From assembly GCF_006345805.1 (NCBI RefSeq), contig NC_043012.1, positions 34,968,001 through 35,032,000 on the forward strand: a stretch of 64,000 bases of DNA, written 5' to 3'. The stretch is from Octopus sinensis (lineage: Eukaryota). The notes beneath the pieces are model-generated. The model saw nothing but the letters and a program-made list of their open reading frames with translations. It was not told the origin of the DNA and made no database searches. This document shows positions 27,303 through 39,199 of this stretch, in pieces. A program made the translations under genes and the position numbers. Each line of letters opens with the position of its first letter. The stretch's first letter is position 1.

Positions 27303-27306
27303 TTAA

Positions 27307-27525
27307 CCCTTTAGTGTTCAGATTATTCTATCAAACATAATACTTATTGATTCACATTGATTTGAATTAATCATGCATTATCTCATATCTTCAAGATCTT
27401 GATGGTGTAATTACTTAATGTAGAATAACATTGTAGGGTAGGTGTGAGAGCCTGGATCTGGTCAGTTTGAACATAAAACAGATTAAGTATTTTGGCCGGA
27501 TATGGCCGGTTTAAATACTAAAGGG
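27307..27525. mobile_element. piggyBac-type MITE family 2 (219 bp)
   Basis: TTAA|ccctttagtgttcag...ctaaaggg|TTAA. Confidence 0.85.
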
Positions 27526-27797
27526 TTAAACACAAAAATTTCACAAGATGAGAAGAATGTGCAAACAGGGTGATTTTAAGGAAGAGTTATTGACTGAGAA
27601 GCTCTAGGTATAGGGAACGGAAAATATGCAGAGCAAACCTGTTTTTATCAAGACTATGCTGGCATGGACATAAAACCAATTTACAGATTCAGTTTTACCC
27701 GGCATTGACTGACAAATCCCCAACTTTGTTAGAAATTGTAATGTTTTACACTGCAAGAGGTGGTGATTGTAAGACAGAAGTATCAAAGAAGACTTAC

Positions 27798-27902
27798 CTG
27801 CAATCTTTAGTATTGGGTTCTCTGAGGAAGTTAAGAGTATGTTCTGTGGTTTTAGGTCCATGTGAGCAACATTATTACTCCATAAAAAATGAATGGCAAG
27901 TG
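27798..27902 (-). CDS. ULK3: ULK3 exon 4 (ALAIHFLWSNNVAHMDLKPQNILLTSSENPILKIA), catalytic loop
   Basis: HMDLKPQN typical of ULK3; tttacag| and |gtaagt; 105 nt. Confidence 0.95.
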
Positions 27903-28874
27903 CTGTAAATAAACAAATCACATATAATAATAATAATAATAATTCATAATATTTCCAGGTCACACTGGTGAAGAGAGAGTGATATGATACAAGGGAAATG
28001 AGTGACAGCCAAATGTATCTGAGGAAAAATGGAACAATTTACAAATAAATCATTTGGACTTAAAAACATTTCCAATTTGTTCTGTTCTGGACTTACTCTC
28101 TCACTTTAACCTCTCATCACATATCATAAAGGTGCCTCTTTCTCGTACTCTGTCAAAAGAGAATCTTGGTCTTGCAGGCTGGGTGACAACCCCATTGGTG
28201 CTGGTGCTATGAAAAAAGGCACCCACTCAGTACATACTGCAAAGTTTGTGGGCATTAGGAAGGTTATCCAGCTGTGGAAACCATGCCAGAGCATGGAATA
28301 CTGGAATACAATGCAGTCTTAGGACTTGTCAGATCCTCTCAAACCATCCAAGCCATTACCAGTACAGAACATATATGTTAAGTGATGATGATGATGATGA
28401 ATCAGGCAATCTGAAAATTCATTTTATTGCCCTTACATACACACACACACAGAGCATGCATGTAAGCATGTGTGTGATCATGAGTTCTCTGATGGATTTC
28501 CTTCTGTGTTCTGCAACAGACTTACTTCCAGAGAAAATCAATTCTTCCTGTTTCATTTCACTGCCAAGTTTCTGGCAGACGTTGACCTTTGTTGAATTCA
28601 GGTGGATCATAAAATAAAAGGTGTCTGCATATATATTAAATTTCACACACACACACACATAAACAAACAGACATGATATGGCAATTAATTTTGAAAGAAA
28701 AGATCTTTAATATAATATTTAATTCAATTTAATACACACTCACATACACACACAACTATCATGCAATGTGAAGACAAGGAGACACACACATATGATAAAC
28801 TTCTTTCAGTTTCCATCTACCAAATTTAGTCACTCAGTTACAAAACTGAGTGAATGAATATTCAAAATCCTCAG

Positions 28875-29204
28875 CTATCTGGCCTCCATGCCGGTAGCAT
28901 GTAAAAGACACTATTCGAGCGTGATTGTTACCAACGTCGCCTTACTGGCACCTGTGCCAGTGGCATGTGTAAAAGATTTGAGCGAGGTCGTTGCCAGTAC
29001 AGTCTGACTGGCCCTGTGCCGGTGGCATGTAAAAGTACCCACTACACTCTCGGAGTGGTTGGTGTTAGGAAGGGCATCCAGCTGTAGAAACTCTGCCAGA
29101 TCAAATTGGGGCCTGGTGCAGCCATCTGGTTCGCCAACCCTCAGTCATTCGTCCAACCCATGCTAGCATGGAAAGCGGACGTTAAACGATGATGATGATG
29201 ATGA
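28875..29204 (+). mobile_element. Family A, 5'-truncated
   Basis: Homology. Confidence 0.8.
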
Positions 29205-29294
29205 GGATAGGCTTTATGTTTTATATTTAAATGTGTATGTCTATGTTCACATGTATGTATGTGTAGGTATATGTGTGTGTATATATATATATAT

Positions 29295-29329
<35 letters not shown>

Positions 29330-29720
29330 ATATACATATATATATAGAGAGAGAGAGAGAGCGAGGGAGCATACCATGCAAAAGTCTTCTGCCACTTTAA
29401 ACTATTGTAAATTTCTACTAATTGCCAACTTATAAGTGGATGTTTTGCATTGTTTTTCTTTATAGATGAAACATTGGCCCTGTTGGTATCCTTTTCATAC
29501 CTAATCATTATATTTTGTAGTGGGGGCTCTGAATGAAAGGGGAAGATGTGAGACATCCACCAAAAATAGCCATGCAAAAGTTTTCATCCACCTCACATAA
29601 ACCAATCAAGATACAGCATTTTAAAACAGAAAAATGTCCATAATGGAAATTTATTACATAATGCGCATTTCAAGAAGTTACTGTACATTGTTAATATTTT
29701 GTATTATTCTTTTCTTTTAT

Positions 29721-29932
29721 TCTTTTACTTGTTTCAGTCATTTGACTGCGGCCATGCTGGAGCACCGCCTTTAATCGAGCAACTCAACCCCAAGACTCAT
29801 TCCTTGTAAGCCCAGTACTTATTCTGCCGGTCTCATTTGCCGAACCACTAAGTAACGGGGACATAAACACACCAGCATCGGTTGTCAAGCAAAGCTAGGG
29901 GGACAATCACAGACACACAAACACACACATGC

Positions 29933-29963
<31 letters not shown>

Positions 29964-30128
29964 TACGACGGGCTTCTTTCAGTTTCCGTCTACCAAATCC
30001 ACTCACAAGGCTTTGGTCGGCCCGAGGCTATAGTAGAAGACACTTGCCCAAGGTGCCACGCAGTGGGACTGAACCTGGAACCATGTGGTTCGTAAACAAG
30101 CTACTTACCACACAGCCACTCCTATGCC
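29721..30128 (-). mobile_element. SINE family B
   Basis: Homology to the 6608 copy. Confidence 0.87.
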
Positions 30129-30134
30129 TATGGC

Positions 30135-30958
30135 TTCCCTTAGCTTGAATAATTGCTTCAATGCACCTGGGAAGAGATGCATACCAATCCTTCACCATCT
30201 TCACAGGCACGAGATGCCATTCTCTGAGACTGAGCTCCCACAACTCTTCAAAGTTGCATGGATTCTTCTGACGGACTCTTCTCTTTAGTTCTGTCCACAT
30301 TAGCTCAATGATATTTAAGTCATGGCTCTGAGCTGGCTGATCTATCAATACCTTAACACCTTCATCAGCCAGGCTCTGTCATGTTGCATGCCATTTGTGG
30401 CATGGAGCCTCCATCATGTTGAAAAATCTCACCTTCATCCAAGTCTGGTATCAAATTGTCCTTCAGCAACTGGATGTATTTGGCACTATTCAAGTTCAAC
30501 TTTCTTGAACCATCAGCTTTTTATGTATCCCCAAAGCATCAGACTGTTTTCATCACGTAACGTGGGTTGTTTTGCTTTCCTGGAGGCCTTCTGACAAATT
30601 CTCACTTCTTACAAAGTGAAACAACCCATGTTACATGATGAAAACAGTAAAGTTTGTGTGGTAAGAGTTTGATACTTTGGGGATAAATAAAAAGTGATGG
30701 TTCAAGAAAGTTGGTTAAAACTGATGGCAACTTGAATAGTGCCAAATACATCCGGTTGCTAAAGAACAATTTGATACCAGACTTGGATGAAGGAGGTGAG
30801 ATTTTTCAGCATGATGGAGCTCCATGCCACAAATGACATACAACACAAAAGAGTTTGGCTGATGAAGGTGCTAAAGTATTGAAAGACTGGCCAGCTCAGG
30901 GCCCTGACTTAAATATCATTGAGCAAATGTGGACAGAACTAAAGAGACGAGTTCATCA
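30135..30958. mobile_element. Two Tc1-like transposase fragments in inverted orientation (30135-30575 -, 30625-30958 +)
   Basis: IFQHDGAPCH, WPAQGPDLNIIEQMWTELKRRV, SLPRCIEAIIQAKG. Confidence 0.85.
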
Positions 30959-31153
30959 GAGGTTTACTAAACGAAAAGGTATGCTGGGTAAGTGCTGTAG
31001 TATGTCAACTGTTAAGTTTCAAGATCACAGCTAAGGCTGGATCAAGGGATTAGTGTTAGGGTTCTGTAATAGCAGCTATGTATAATATTAGAGGAAAAAC
31101 CAAAACCAAGGCAGAACGAGTGTCTGAAGTCATTTAGAATAATTTAATTTGAA

Positions 31154-31229
31154 GTCTTACAGCTGTTTCTAGGATAACCCAAATGATAGGTTAGCATGTC
31201 CATGCACTGGATATTCCATCATCAGAGAC
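31154..31229 (-). ncRNA. Type I hammerhead motif in ULK3 intron 3 (sense to the pre-mRNA)
   Basis: GUCU-CUGAUGA-UGGAAUA..UAUCCUA-GAAA-CAGCUG-UA/AGAC; 4-bp stem I, 6 of 7 pairs in stem II, GUA triplet. Confidence 0.68.
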
Positions 31230-31640
31230 AAGGTATATTTTAGATGGGGAAAAATTTACAGCTTACAAGGCATAAAGTTCACAGTTTATAAGGAATAAAA
31301 TAGAAGAATAAAGGAACAAATATAGAAGAATGAAGAGTAAAAGTAGTTCGAAGAATATAAGCAGGAGAATAATGTTCACAACTCATCTTTTTCCTGAGGA
31401 TATAGATGTTGGTCAGTACCTCCATGAAGGTGCAGGTCTTGAGTTAAAATCCCAGGTAAAGTCGGGCAGTGTTTTGAAAGTATTCATATTGTAAATGTCT
31501 ATACAGAAAGTATGATGGACATAAATGGGTTTTGTGAGTGGGTTTATGAGAGAGGGAGAAAGAGAGATCGGAGAAAGGAATAAAAAATAAGATAGTGGTA
31601 AAAGGGTAAAAAATAAGAATAAATATATGTATACATATAT

Positions 31641-31765
31641 AACCACATGGTTCTGGGTTCAGTCCCACTGCCTGGCACCTTGAACAAGTGTCTTCTACTA
31701 TAGCTTAGGGCCGACCAAAGCCTTATGAGTCGATTTGGTAGATGGAAACTGAAAGAAGCCTGTCG

Positions 31766-31839
<74 letters not shown>

Positions 31840-32051
31840 ATATGTTTGTGTGTCTATGTTTGTCCCCTCAACATTGCTTGACAACCAATGCTGGTGTGTT
31901 TACATCCCTGTAACTTAGCAGTTCGGCGAAAGAGACCGATAGAATAAGTACTAAGCTTACAAAGAATAAGTCCTGGGGTCGATTGGCTCGACTAAAAGGC
32001 GGTGCTCCAGCATGGCAGCAGTCAAATGACTGAAACAAGTAAAATAGTAAA
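31641..32051 (+). mobile_element. SINE family B, 5'-truncated, expanded (TA)n
   Basis: Homology to the 6608 copy. Confidence 0.85.
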
Positions 32052-32060
32052 ATAATATAT

Positions 32061-32242
32061 CATGTGACTGACCAGACTATCAGATGCTACAACACATCAC
32101 TGGTCATAATGCATTTTGCATCGTTTTAGCCTTTGAACGATGCCACCCAGCTGGCTAGGTGAGCAAGCCAACATTAGCTGCAGACAGAAAGCAGAACTGG
32201 AGCAACATGAATTGAAGTGTTTTGCTCAAGAACACATGACAC
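32061..32242 (-). mobile_element. Truncated SINE, body-2 + tail-2
   Basis: Tail matches 16714-16830; body matches 46590-46630. Confidence 0.6.
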
Positions 32243-32928
32243 TGTCCGATATATATATATTCGCCATGATAGATTGCTAGCCACTAAACCTTTTTCTATT
32301 TTCTCTCCCTGTTTGTTTCTGTGTTCCTTTCTGTTGAAGAGCATAGGCTCGAAACATAAAAGGTTTTCTCACTTACTGAGCATTAAACTAATACATCTGT
32401 TTGTTGTTTACACACCTATCTTTGTCTTCTGTTCTTTTTGTAAATTCTCACTATCGGCCGCTTGTTCAACATGTGTCTTATCACCGAAAAGGTAATTATT
32501 TTTCCATGCTTGCTGATATTGTTTTTGTGTCTCTCTTTTTGTCTCAAAGCCGTAGGGTGTCTGTGTCATCCATGTTTTTAACCGTTACTGTCTCCAAAAA
32601 AGATTTTTCGTTTCATGTTCATCTCTGTTGCGTTGCATTCTTTCCTTCTGTGGCTGGCTGATTCAGAGCGGATCTCAGAATTAAACAGCCGAAATCTGCG
32701 ATGAGGGATCAGTTTCTGACTGAAGAATGAAGGCTTTGAATGACCCGTTTGTCTTTTTGTTCGTCCGTTCGTGTATTTCATGTTATTTATTTATGTAAAG
32801 GTTTATTATATATATATATATATATATATATTTCTCTCACTGTCCCCACCTCTCTCTCTCACTGTCTCTCTCTGTGTTCAACCAAAAATATAAAATAAGG
32901 AGATAGAAAATAAAAATGAATGAATTAC

Positions 32929-33049
32929 CTATTTGTTGCAGGAACCGACGTACAACAAGTTCTGGTAAAGCTCTCTTCTTTCTCAAGAAGTGTGATAAAT
33001 CTCCCCCAATGCAATACTCCATGATGAGATAAATGAATTTATCATCCCA
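32929..33049 (-). CDS. ULK3: ULK3 exon 3 (WDDKFIYLIMEYCIGGDLSHFLRKKRALPELVVRRFLQQI)
   Basis: Inside ORF 32837..33136(-); gtttcag| and |gtaatt; 121 nt, ends phase 1. Confidence 0.95.
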
Positions 33050-33262
33050 CTGAAACAAGAAAGTAATGATGATGAGGAAGATTGTGGTGGTAGCACAATC
33101 ACAAGATTTTGATTTACAAACACCAGCCACACACATATTTATATATATATATATATATATATTTATAAGTTCAGCAAAATTTAGATTCAGATGACTATGG
33201 TACTTAAGTTGAAGGCACCAGAATTTGGTATGGTATTATCCATATAAATCAAATGGGGTGAT

Positions 33263-33497
33263 TATAATCAAAATAAGCAACAAGGATATCCAAGGTAGTG
33301 TAGTACAATCGTTTCATGCTACTTCATTTTATTGAACACTGTAAGTATTATATCAGTTTTAAAATGTCGAGCAATCTTCAGTCACATATAGAATTTTTTA
33401 AAACTGATGTAGTACTTACAGTGTTTAATAAAATGAAGTAGCATGAAACGATTGTACTGCACTACCTTGGATATCCTTGTTGCTTATTTTGATTATA
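33263..33497. repeat. Inverted repeat, ~102-bp arms with a 31-nt loop; contains a degenerate hammerhead on the minus strand (about 33298-33385)
   Basis: Arms 33263-33364 and 33396-33497; minus strand CUGAAGA..GAAA-CGAUUG-UA with poor stem I. Confidence 0.85.
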
Positions 33498-34069
33498 TAT
33501 ATATGTGTGTGTGTGTATGTAATTAAAAAAATAATAATAGAAATATAGCACAGGAGAATGATGAATAAGAGATGGAAAAAGCAAAACAAAATACACACAC
33601 ATGAGATGGACATGTTCCTTCCCTCATCAGTTATCAACCAAATATCATAATTCTGATATATATACATATCACAGTACCTCAGTATCGAACATATTATCAG
33701 ATATCACTTCTTGCAGCGATGGATGTTACCCATTGGCTAAGTGGGCAAGCCAACATCCCCTCTGAATGGAATGCATTTAATCTTGCAGTACACAAATTTT
33801 CAATTAAGTCTTGATTAAAAAAAATAATAAACCACTGTCTCTATTGAATAGTCTCTATTAAATTTGGTGTAGTAAAATGTGGTTAGTTTGACGTGTGCCT
33901 TTATCCAATTGTAAAACTAAACATTAAAAGAACTTTTGGAGAGATTTGCCTTTTAAAAAAAGGACTGTGGCCAGGGTAGTAATATGAGGGACTGTACAAA
34001 GTAAAGACAATATATTATCAAATATAAGATTATTTGTTTTCCTATATGCTTTGCCATGAAACACTAAAG

Positions 34070-34339
34070 ATATTCTGTTATGTCTGGGGAGAGTCATTTT
34101 CTTTTTGTGCCTTATAATATAACACACTCAATGGTAAAATTTCCACTTTTTTTCTTATTTTTATTTTCCTAAAATTTCTGTTGCGTCTTGCAACCTTTTC
34201 AAAACTATTGAAAAGGTTGCAAGACGCAACGAAAATTTTAGGAAAATAAAAATAAGAAAAAAGTGGAAATTTTAGCAGTGAGTGTGTTACATAATAAGGC
34301 ACAAAAAGAAAATGACTCTCCCCAGACACAACAGAATAT
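34070..34339. repeat. Near-perfect ~270-nt palindrome (about 130-bp stem, 5-nt loop)
   Basis: atattctgttatgtctggggagag... mirrored by ...ctctccccagacacaacagaatat; loop aacta at 34203-34207. Confidence 0.93.
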
Positions 34340-34422
34340 GCTTCAACACACGAACTCATATAAAGAATCTTGCAAACCAAATCCCAAAACTAAAGATATG
34401 ATTAACTGAAATATATATTTAC

Positions 34423-34563
34423 CAAGAAGTCTTTCAACTCTACAATGTGTTCATGTTTTAATTTTTTCAATAATTCAATTTCGGTGAGTAAATTCTCTGT
34501 TGATCTTTTGTTTAGTGTACTTTTCAATACACATTTAATAGCCACCACTTCTCTAACGCCAGT
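34423..34563 (-). CDS. ULK3: ULK3 exon 2 ([47 protein letters not shown])
   Basis: ttttcacag| acceptor, |gtaaat donor, 141 nt; VAIK lysine and alphaC glutamate. Confidence 0.95.
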
Positions 34564-35315
34564 CTGTGAAAAGATAAGTTAAACTATGCAACATGAATAC
34601 AGTAAAATACAATAGCAGAATAATGTATATATAATGAATACAAAAACAATAAATAATGTATAATATATAGTCCAACCAACTTCGATTTTTTTTTTTCTCA
34701 GGAGAAATCATATCAAATCTAGTAAATAGCTAGCCATTACGGGTTGAGCTTGTTTTGTAGGACATATAAACATTCTTCCCACATCGTTGTTTAAATGTCA
34801 GTTGTTTCAGGTATATGGTCATCTTCATCTTCTTCTACAATATCAATATATCATATCCTTGTTATCTGCATCAGCGGTTTTTAAACTTTTTTGTAATACC
34901 CCTCACCCCATCAGCCTTTAAGTAGTAGTCGAAGCACCGTGACTAAACTAACTTAATATGGATAACTTGTAAATTTTACTCTAAAATGGATTGTCTAAAC
35001 TTTTAACAGTAAAATGATAAAAGAAAAAATGTAATAATGAGAAAAGTTGTAAATTTATTTTATACATTGCAAGTTAATGGATTCCCTCTGCCTGATGAGA
35101 TTTTATTTTAATAACCATTGCTAGTTTTATCATGTATAATATGATTACTATTACAGGTCAAATTTAGTATACTAATTATGTTACCTCATTGCCTGCTAAA
35201 GCCTAATGTCTCCTTTGATATATCCAGCACCCTCTTGGGGTTAGCACCACCCACATTGAGAACCACTGATCTACATTATCATTACTATTATCTTTTGTAC
35301 AATCAACATTGCTTC

Positions 35316-35782
35316 ATCATCATCATCATTTAACGTCCGTTTTCCATGCTAGCATGGGTTGGACGGGTCGACTGGGTCTGGGAAGCCAGGAGGTTGCACC
35401 AGGCTCCAGTCTGATTTGGAAGTGTTTCTACAGCTGGATGCCCTTCCTAACACCTACCACTCCGTAAGTGTAGTGGGTGCTTTTTACATGCCACTGGCAC
35501 CGGTGCCAGGGGACACTGGCAGCAGCCGTGATCGATTGGTGCATTTTACGTGCCACCAGCACAGAAGCCAGTCAAGGCGGCGCTGCCATCAGCCACGCTA
35601 GGATGGTGCTTTTTACGTGCCACCGGCACAGGTATCACAACTACAATTTCCATTTGCTATTTATTTTGATGTTGATGTACTTGACTCAATAGGTCTCCTA
35701 AAGCACAGCAGGTCATGTGCCACTGGCACAGAAGCCAGTCAAGGTGGCGCTGGCATCAGCCACGCTCGGATGGTGCTTTTTA
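35316..35782 (-). mobile_element. Family A, subtype with the tttgatgttgatgtacttgactcaatagg insert
   Basis: Closely matches 54466-54886. Confidence 0.8.
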
Positions 35783-36099
35783 CCCATTTAGAAATTGCTT
35801 ATATTGTTATTATAATCGTCATTATTAATCTCAATGTTACAGTCATGAACATCTCCAGTTATAATAACTATCACCATCACCATCAGCATACAAGAACATT
35901 TAAAACATTTAAAACATTTCACCTTAAATGACAACTTGAGTTCCGCATTAAGATATTCAGGATAGATAGCGAAAAATGGTGATGGCCTTATAGCATTGTT
36001 GCATATATCTTTACATCATGATCTCACTAATACATATTTTAAAGTACCATTACTAATTCTACATCACAGTTGATGTATTTCTACGAGGAAATGAATTGT

Positions 36100-36700
36100 T
36101 GTCGTCATCGTCGTCGTTGTCATCATCATCATCGTTTAACATCTGCTTTCCATGCTAGCATGGGTTGGACGGTTTTGACTGAGGGCTGGCGAACCAGATG
36201 GCTGCACCAGGCTCCAGTCTTGATCTGGCAGAGTTTCTACAGCTGGATGCCCTTCCTAACGCCAACCTCTCCGAGAGTTTAGTGGGTGCTTTTTACGCGC
36301 CACCGGCACGGGGCCAGTCAGGCGGTACTGGCAATGACCTCGCTCAAATCTTTTTACACATGCCACCGGCACAGGTGCCAGTAAAGCGACATTGGTAAAG
36401 ATCATGCTCAAATGGTGCCCTTTTACGTGCCACCGGCACGGAAGCCAGTTGGCTGCTCTGGCAACGATCACACTCAGACGGTGCTTTTGGCACCGCGACG
36501 CTGGTGATGATCACACTCGAATGGTACCCTTTTATGTGCCACTGGCATGGAAGCCGGTTAGCCGCTCTGTCAATGATCATCCTCGTATGGTGCTCTTTTG
36601 GTGCTCTTTGCACCCCACTTAGCACGGATGCCAGTCATCGAATTTGATTTTGATTTTGATTTCACTTGCCTCAACAGGTCTTCGGAAGCAGAGTTTAGTG
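36100..36700 (-). mobile_element. Family A, full length
   Basis: Includes the 5' end aagcagagtttagtg seen at 4116. Confidence 0.85.
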
Positions 36701-37079
36701 ACCAAAGAATCTTGTTTAAAAAATATTTGTTTCATTAACCTAAGCTAATGTCCAGATTTTAAAATATTTCCCATTTGGAAATTCTCAGATTCAACTTCAG
36801 ATCAACAAAGATACAATATCAAAAAGAAAAATGAAAGACACTTAGAAACACAGGCTGAAATATTTTATTATTACTGTGAAAAATAATATTCAGTATAAAA
36901 ACAAAAAGCAAAAACAATTATACAGAGACAAGTGTTGCAAACTGATGTTTTTCTTATTTAATATATCTAAAAGGCATGTTGTGCGTTTTGATTACCCCAA
37001 CATTTCATCACGTAGCACAAAGCCACATTACTCAATACTAGTCCCCGCTTAGTTGAGGGGTTTGTGCCTTGCAAGTTGC

Positions 37080-37740
37080 TTGATGGTTTCACTGCTGCTG
37101 GTGCCACATAAAAAGCATTCAGAACACTCTGTAAAGTGGTTGAATTAGGAAGGGCATCCAGCCACAGAAATCATGCCAAAGCAGATGGTGGAGCTTGGTG
37201 AAATCTTCTTCTGACTTGCTAGGTCCTGTCAAGCCATCCAACCCATACCAGCAGGGAAGAAAGACATTAAATGATGATGATGATAATAACGTATGTATGT
37301 TTGTATGCATGAATGTACGTATGTGTGTGTGGGGGGGGGGCGTGTGCATGTAACATTTGCATTATCATAGAGGGAGTCGTTGTAGTCACTGAAATTTTAA
37401 CCTGCACATGAACTGTATGGTTATCATCATCATCATTGTTTAATGTCCGCCTTCCATGCTGGCATGGGTGGAACAGTTTGACAAGAGCCAGCCAGGCAGA
37501 AACCTGCACCAGACTTCTGCGACTGTTTTGGCAGGATTTTTATAGCTGGATGCCCTTCCTAACACCAACCACTCAGCAGAGTGGACTTAGACCTTTTTAC
37601 GTAGCACAAGCACAGGTGAGGTCAGTTTCGGCAAGGTTTTTACAGCTGGATGCCCTTCCAAATGCTAACCACTTTACAGTGTGGACTGGGTGCTTTTAAG
37701 TGGTACCTGCATTGACAGGGTCACCAAGTATTTGCAAGAC
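37080..37740. mobile_element. Two diverged family A copies in opposite orientation (37080-37286 +, 37424-37740 -)
   Basis: Homology. Confidence 0.65.
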
Positions 37741-38024
37741 AAAAAACAACTCTTTCGAGAGGAGAGGGGGCATTGGAGGAGGTGATCTTATGTCAGATGA
37801 TGAAAGGTTATAATGAGACAGAGAGACAGAAACAGGTGTCTTGCTGTAGAGGAGGTACAAGGTTACCTGGTCAGAGAGAGAGAGAAAGAGATCAGGAATG
37901 AAGACAGAAACAGATGAACATTCATCAAACATATTCAGACAGATAATAACATTGCAACTTAATCACAAAGTACCTGATGACATTTAAGAAGGTTTACAAT
38001 CTCAGAATCACTCTGGTCAGTGGC

Positions 38025-38173
38025 TATATAGTTATTTAATTCCATTTGTTTATCTGTCTATTGTATTATATTTTGTTCATATTGTTATCAGTTAACTGAT
38101 TGTTAACTGATAACAATATGAACAAAACATAATACAATACGCAGATAAACAAATGGAATTAAATAACTATATA
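38025..38173. repeat. Palindrome with 72-bp arms and a 5-nt loop
   Basis: tatatagttatttaattcc...gttaac/tgatt/gttaac...ggaattaaataactatata. Confidence 0.9.
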
Positions 38174-38515
38174 CATTAATAAAATTTAAAATAAAAAAAA
38201 AATTAAATTAAATTAAATACAAAAATGAAAGAATAGAAAAATAATAAGTAGGTATAAACACATGAACAAAATGTATAAAAATAAATCAAACGAACGTGTA
38301 TAAACAGGGGATACAGATAATACAGGCCTTCCCCCCCCCCACACGAAAGAACTCTGGCCGAAATATAGTTAATCTAAAAAATTAAATAAAACTGAAGGAA
38401 ATTAACACCAAATATACAGTGCATGTGTTTTCATTGGCTAAACTGGCAACATGACCATCCCCAAATACAAAAATATATAAAGATAGATATACATACATAT
38501 GTTTTTACATATATA

Positions 38516-39185
38516 TTGGATTGTCCGGAAAGTTCGTGCCAATTTATAGTAGCTTCCCGTTCGACTTATTTTAGAACATGGTTGAGTCCATGAAATAGGA
38601 TTTGACTACACCTCCATTTAGAGCACAGTTTAAACTATCTTTTTGTGGAAGAAGTTTTATGTTCCTATAACCTGTGTTAATTCTATAACCCTTTAAAATG
38701 GAAGATAAGAAAGTTCATTTTTGGCACTTGATGCTTTTCTTTTTCCGTAAAGGGAAAAATGCCTCACAAACAACCAAAGAAATATGTGCAGTTTACGGTG
38801 ATGTTTCTTTCTCTGAAAGAACTGTACGGAAGTGGTTCACAAGGTTCTAAGCTGAAGATTGTAGCCTTATTGATAAAGAGCAATCAGACAGACCATCCAC
38901 TACAGATGATGACCAAATCAAGTCATTAATTGAGAATAACCCACATTGCACAACCCAACAATTGGCAGAAAGCCTCAACCTATCAAAATCCGTCATTCAT
39001 GAGCACCTGGTAAAGCTTGGGTACACAAATCACTACGATGTTTGGGTACCACATGAGTTGAGTGAGAAGAACCTTTTGGATCGCATTTCCATCTGTGATT
39101 CGCTTTATAAACGGAATGAAAATGCGCCTTTTTTTTAAGTAAATTGTGACAGGTGATGAGAAATGGATTATCTACCGAAAAGTTC
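38516..39185 (+). mobile_element. Mariner element 5' half (TIR plus transposase N-terminus), truncated by the PLE fragment
   Basis: TA|ttggattgtccggaaagttc TIR; ATG at 38698 gives MEDKKVHFWHLMLFFFRKGKNASQ..WVPHELSEKN..IVTGDEKWIIY, with a stop. Confidence 0.88.
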
Positions 39186-39199
39186 AGAGAAAAATGCAT

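Noticed and set aside
32328-32365. ctgttgaagagcataggctcgaaac motif
   Set aside because: A GAGC/GCUC stem is present, but the core is not CUGANGA and no stem III/UH or stem I follows
33600-33640. Minus-strand CUGAUGA-GGGAA-GGAACAUGUC hammerhead-like motif
   Set aside because: GAAA is mutated, there is no stem II and stem I does not pair; at most a relic
35480-36620. Regularly spaced ~25-bp repeats with variable spacers resembling a CRISPR array
   Set aside because: Eukaryotic context, no cas genes, and the spacers are homologous to each other; these are internal tandem units of family A
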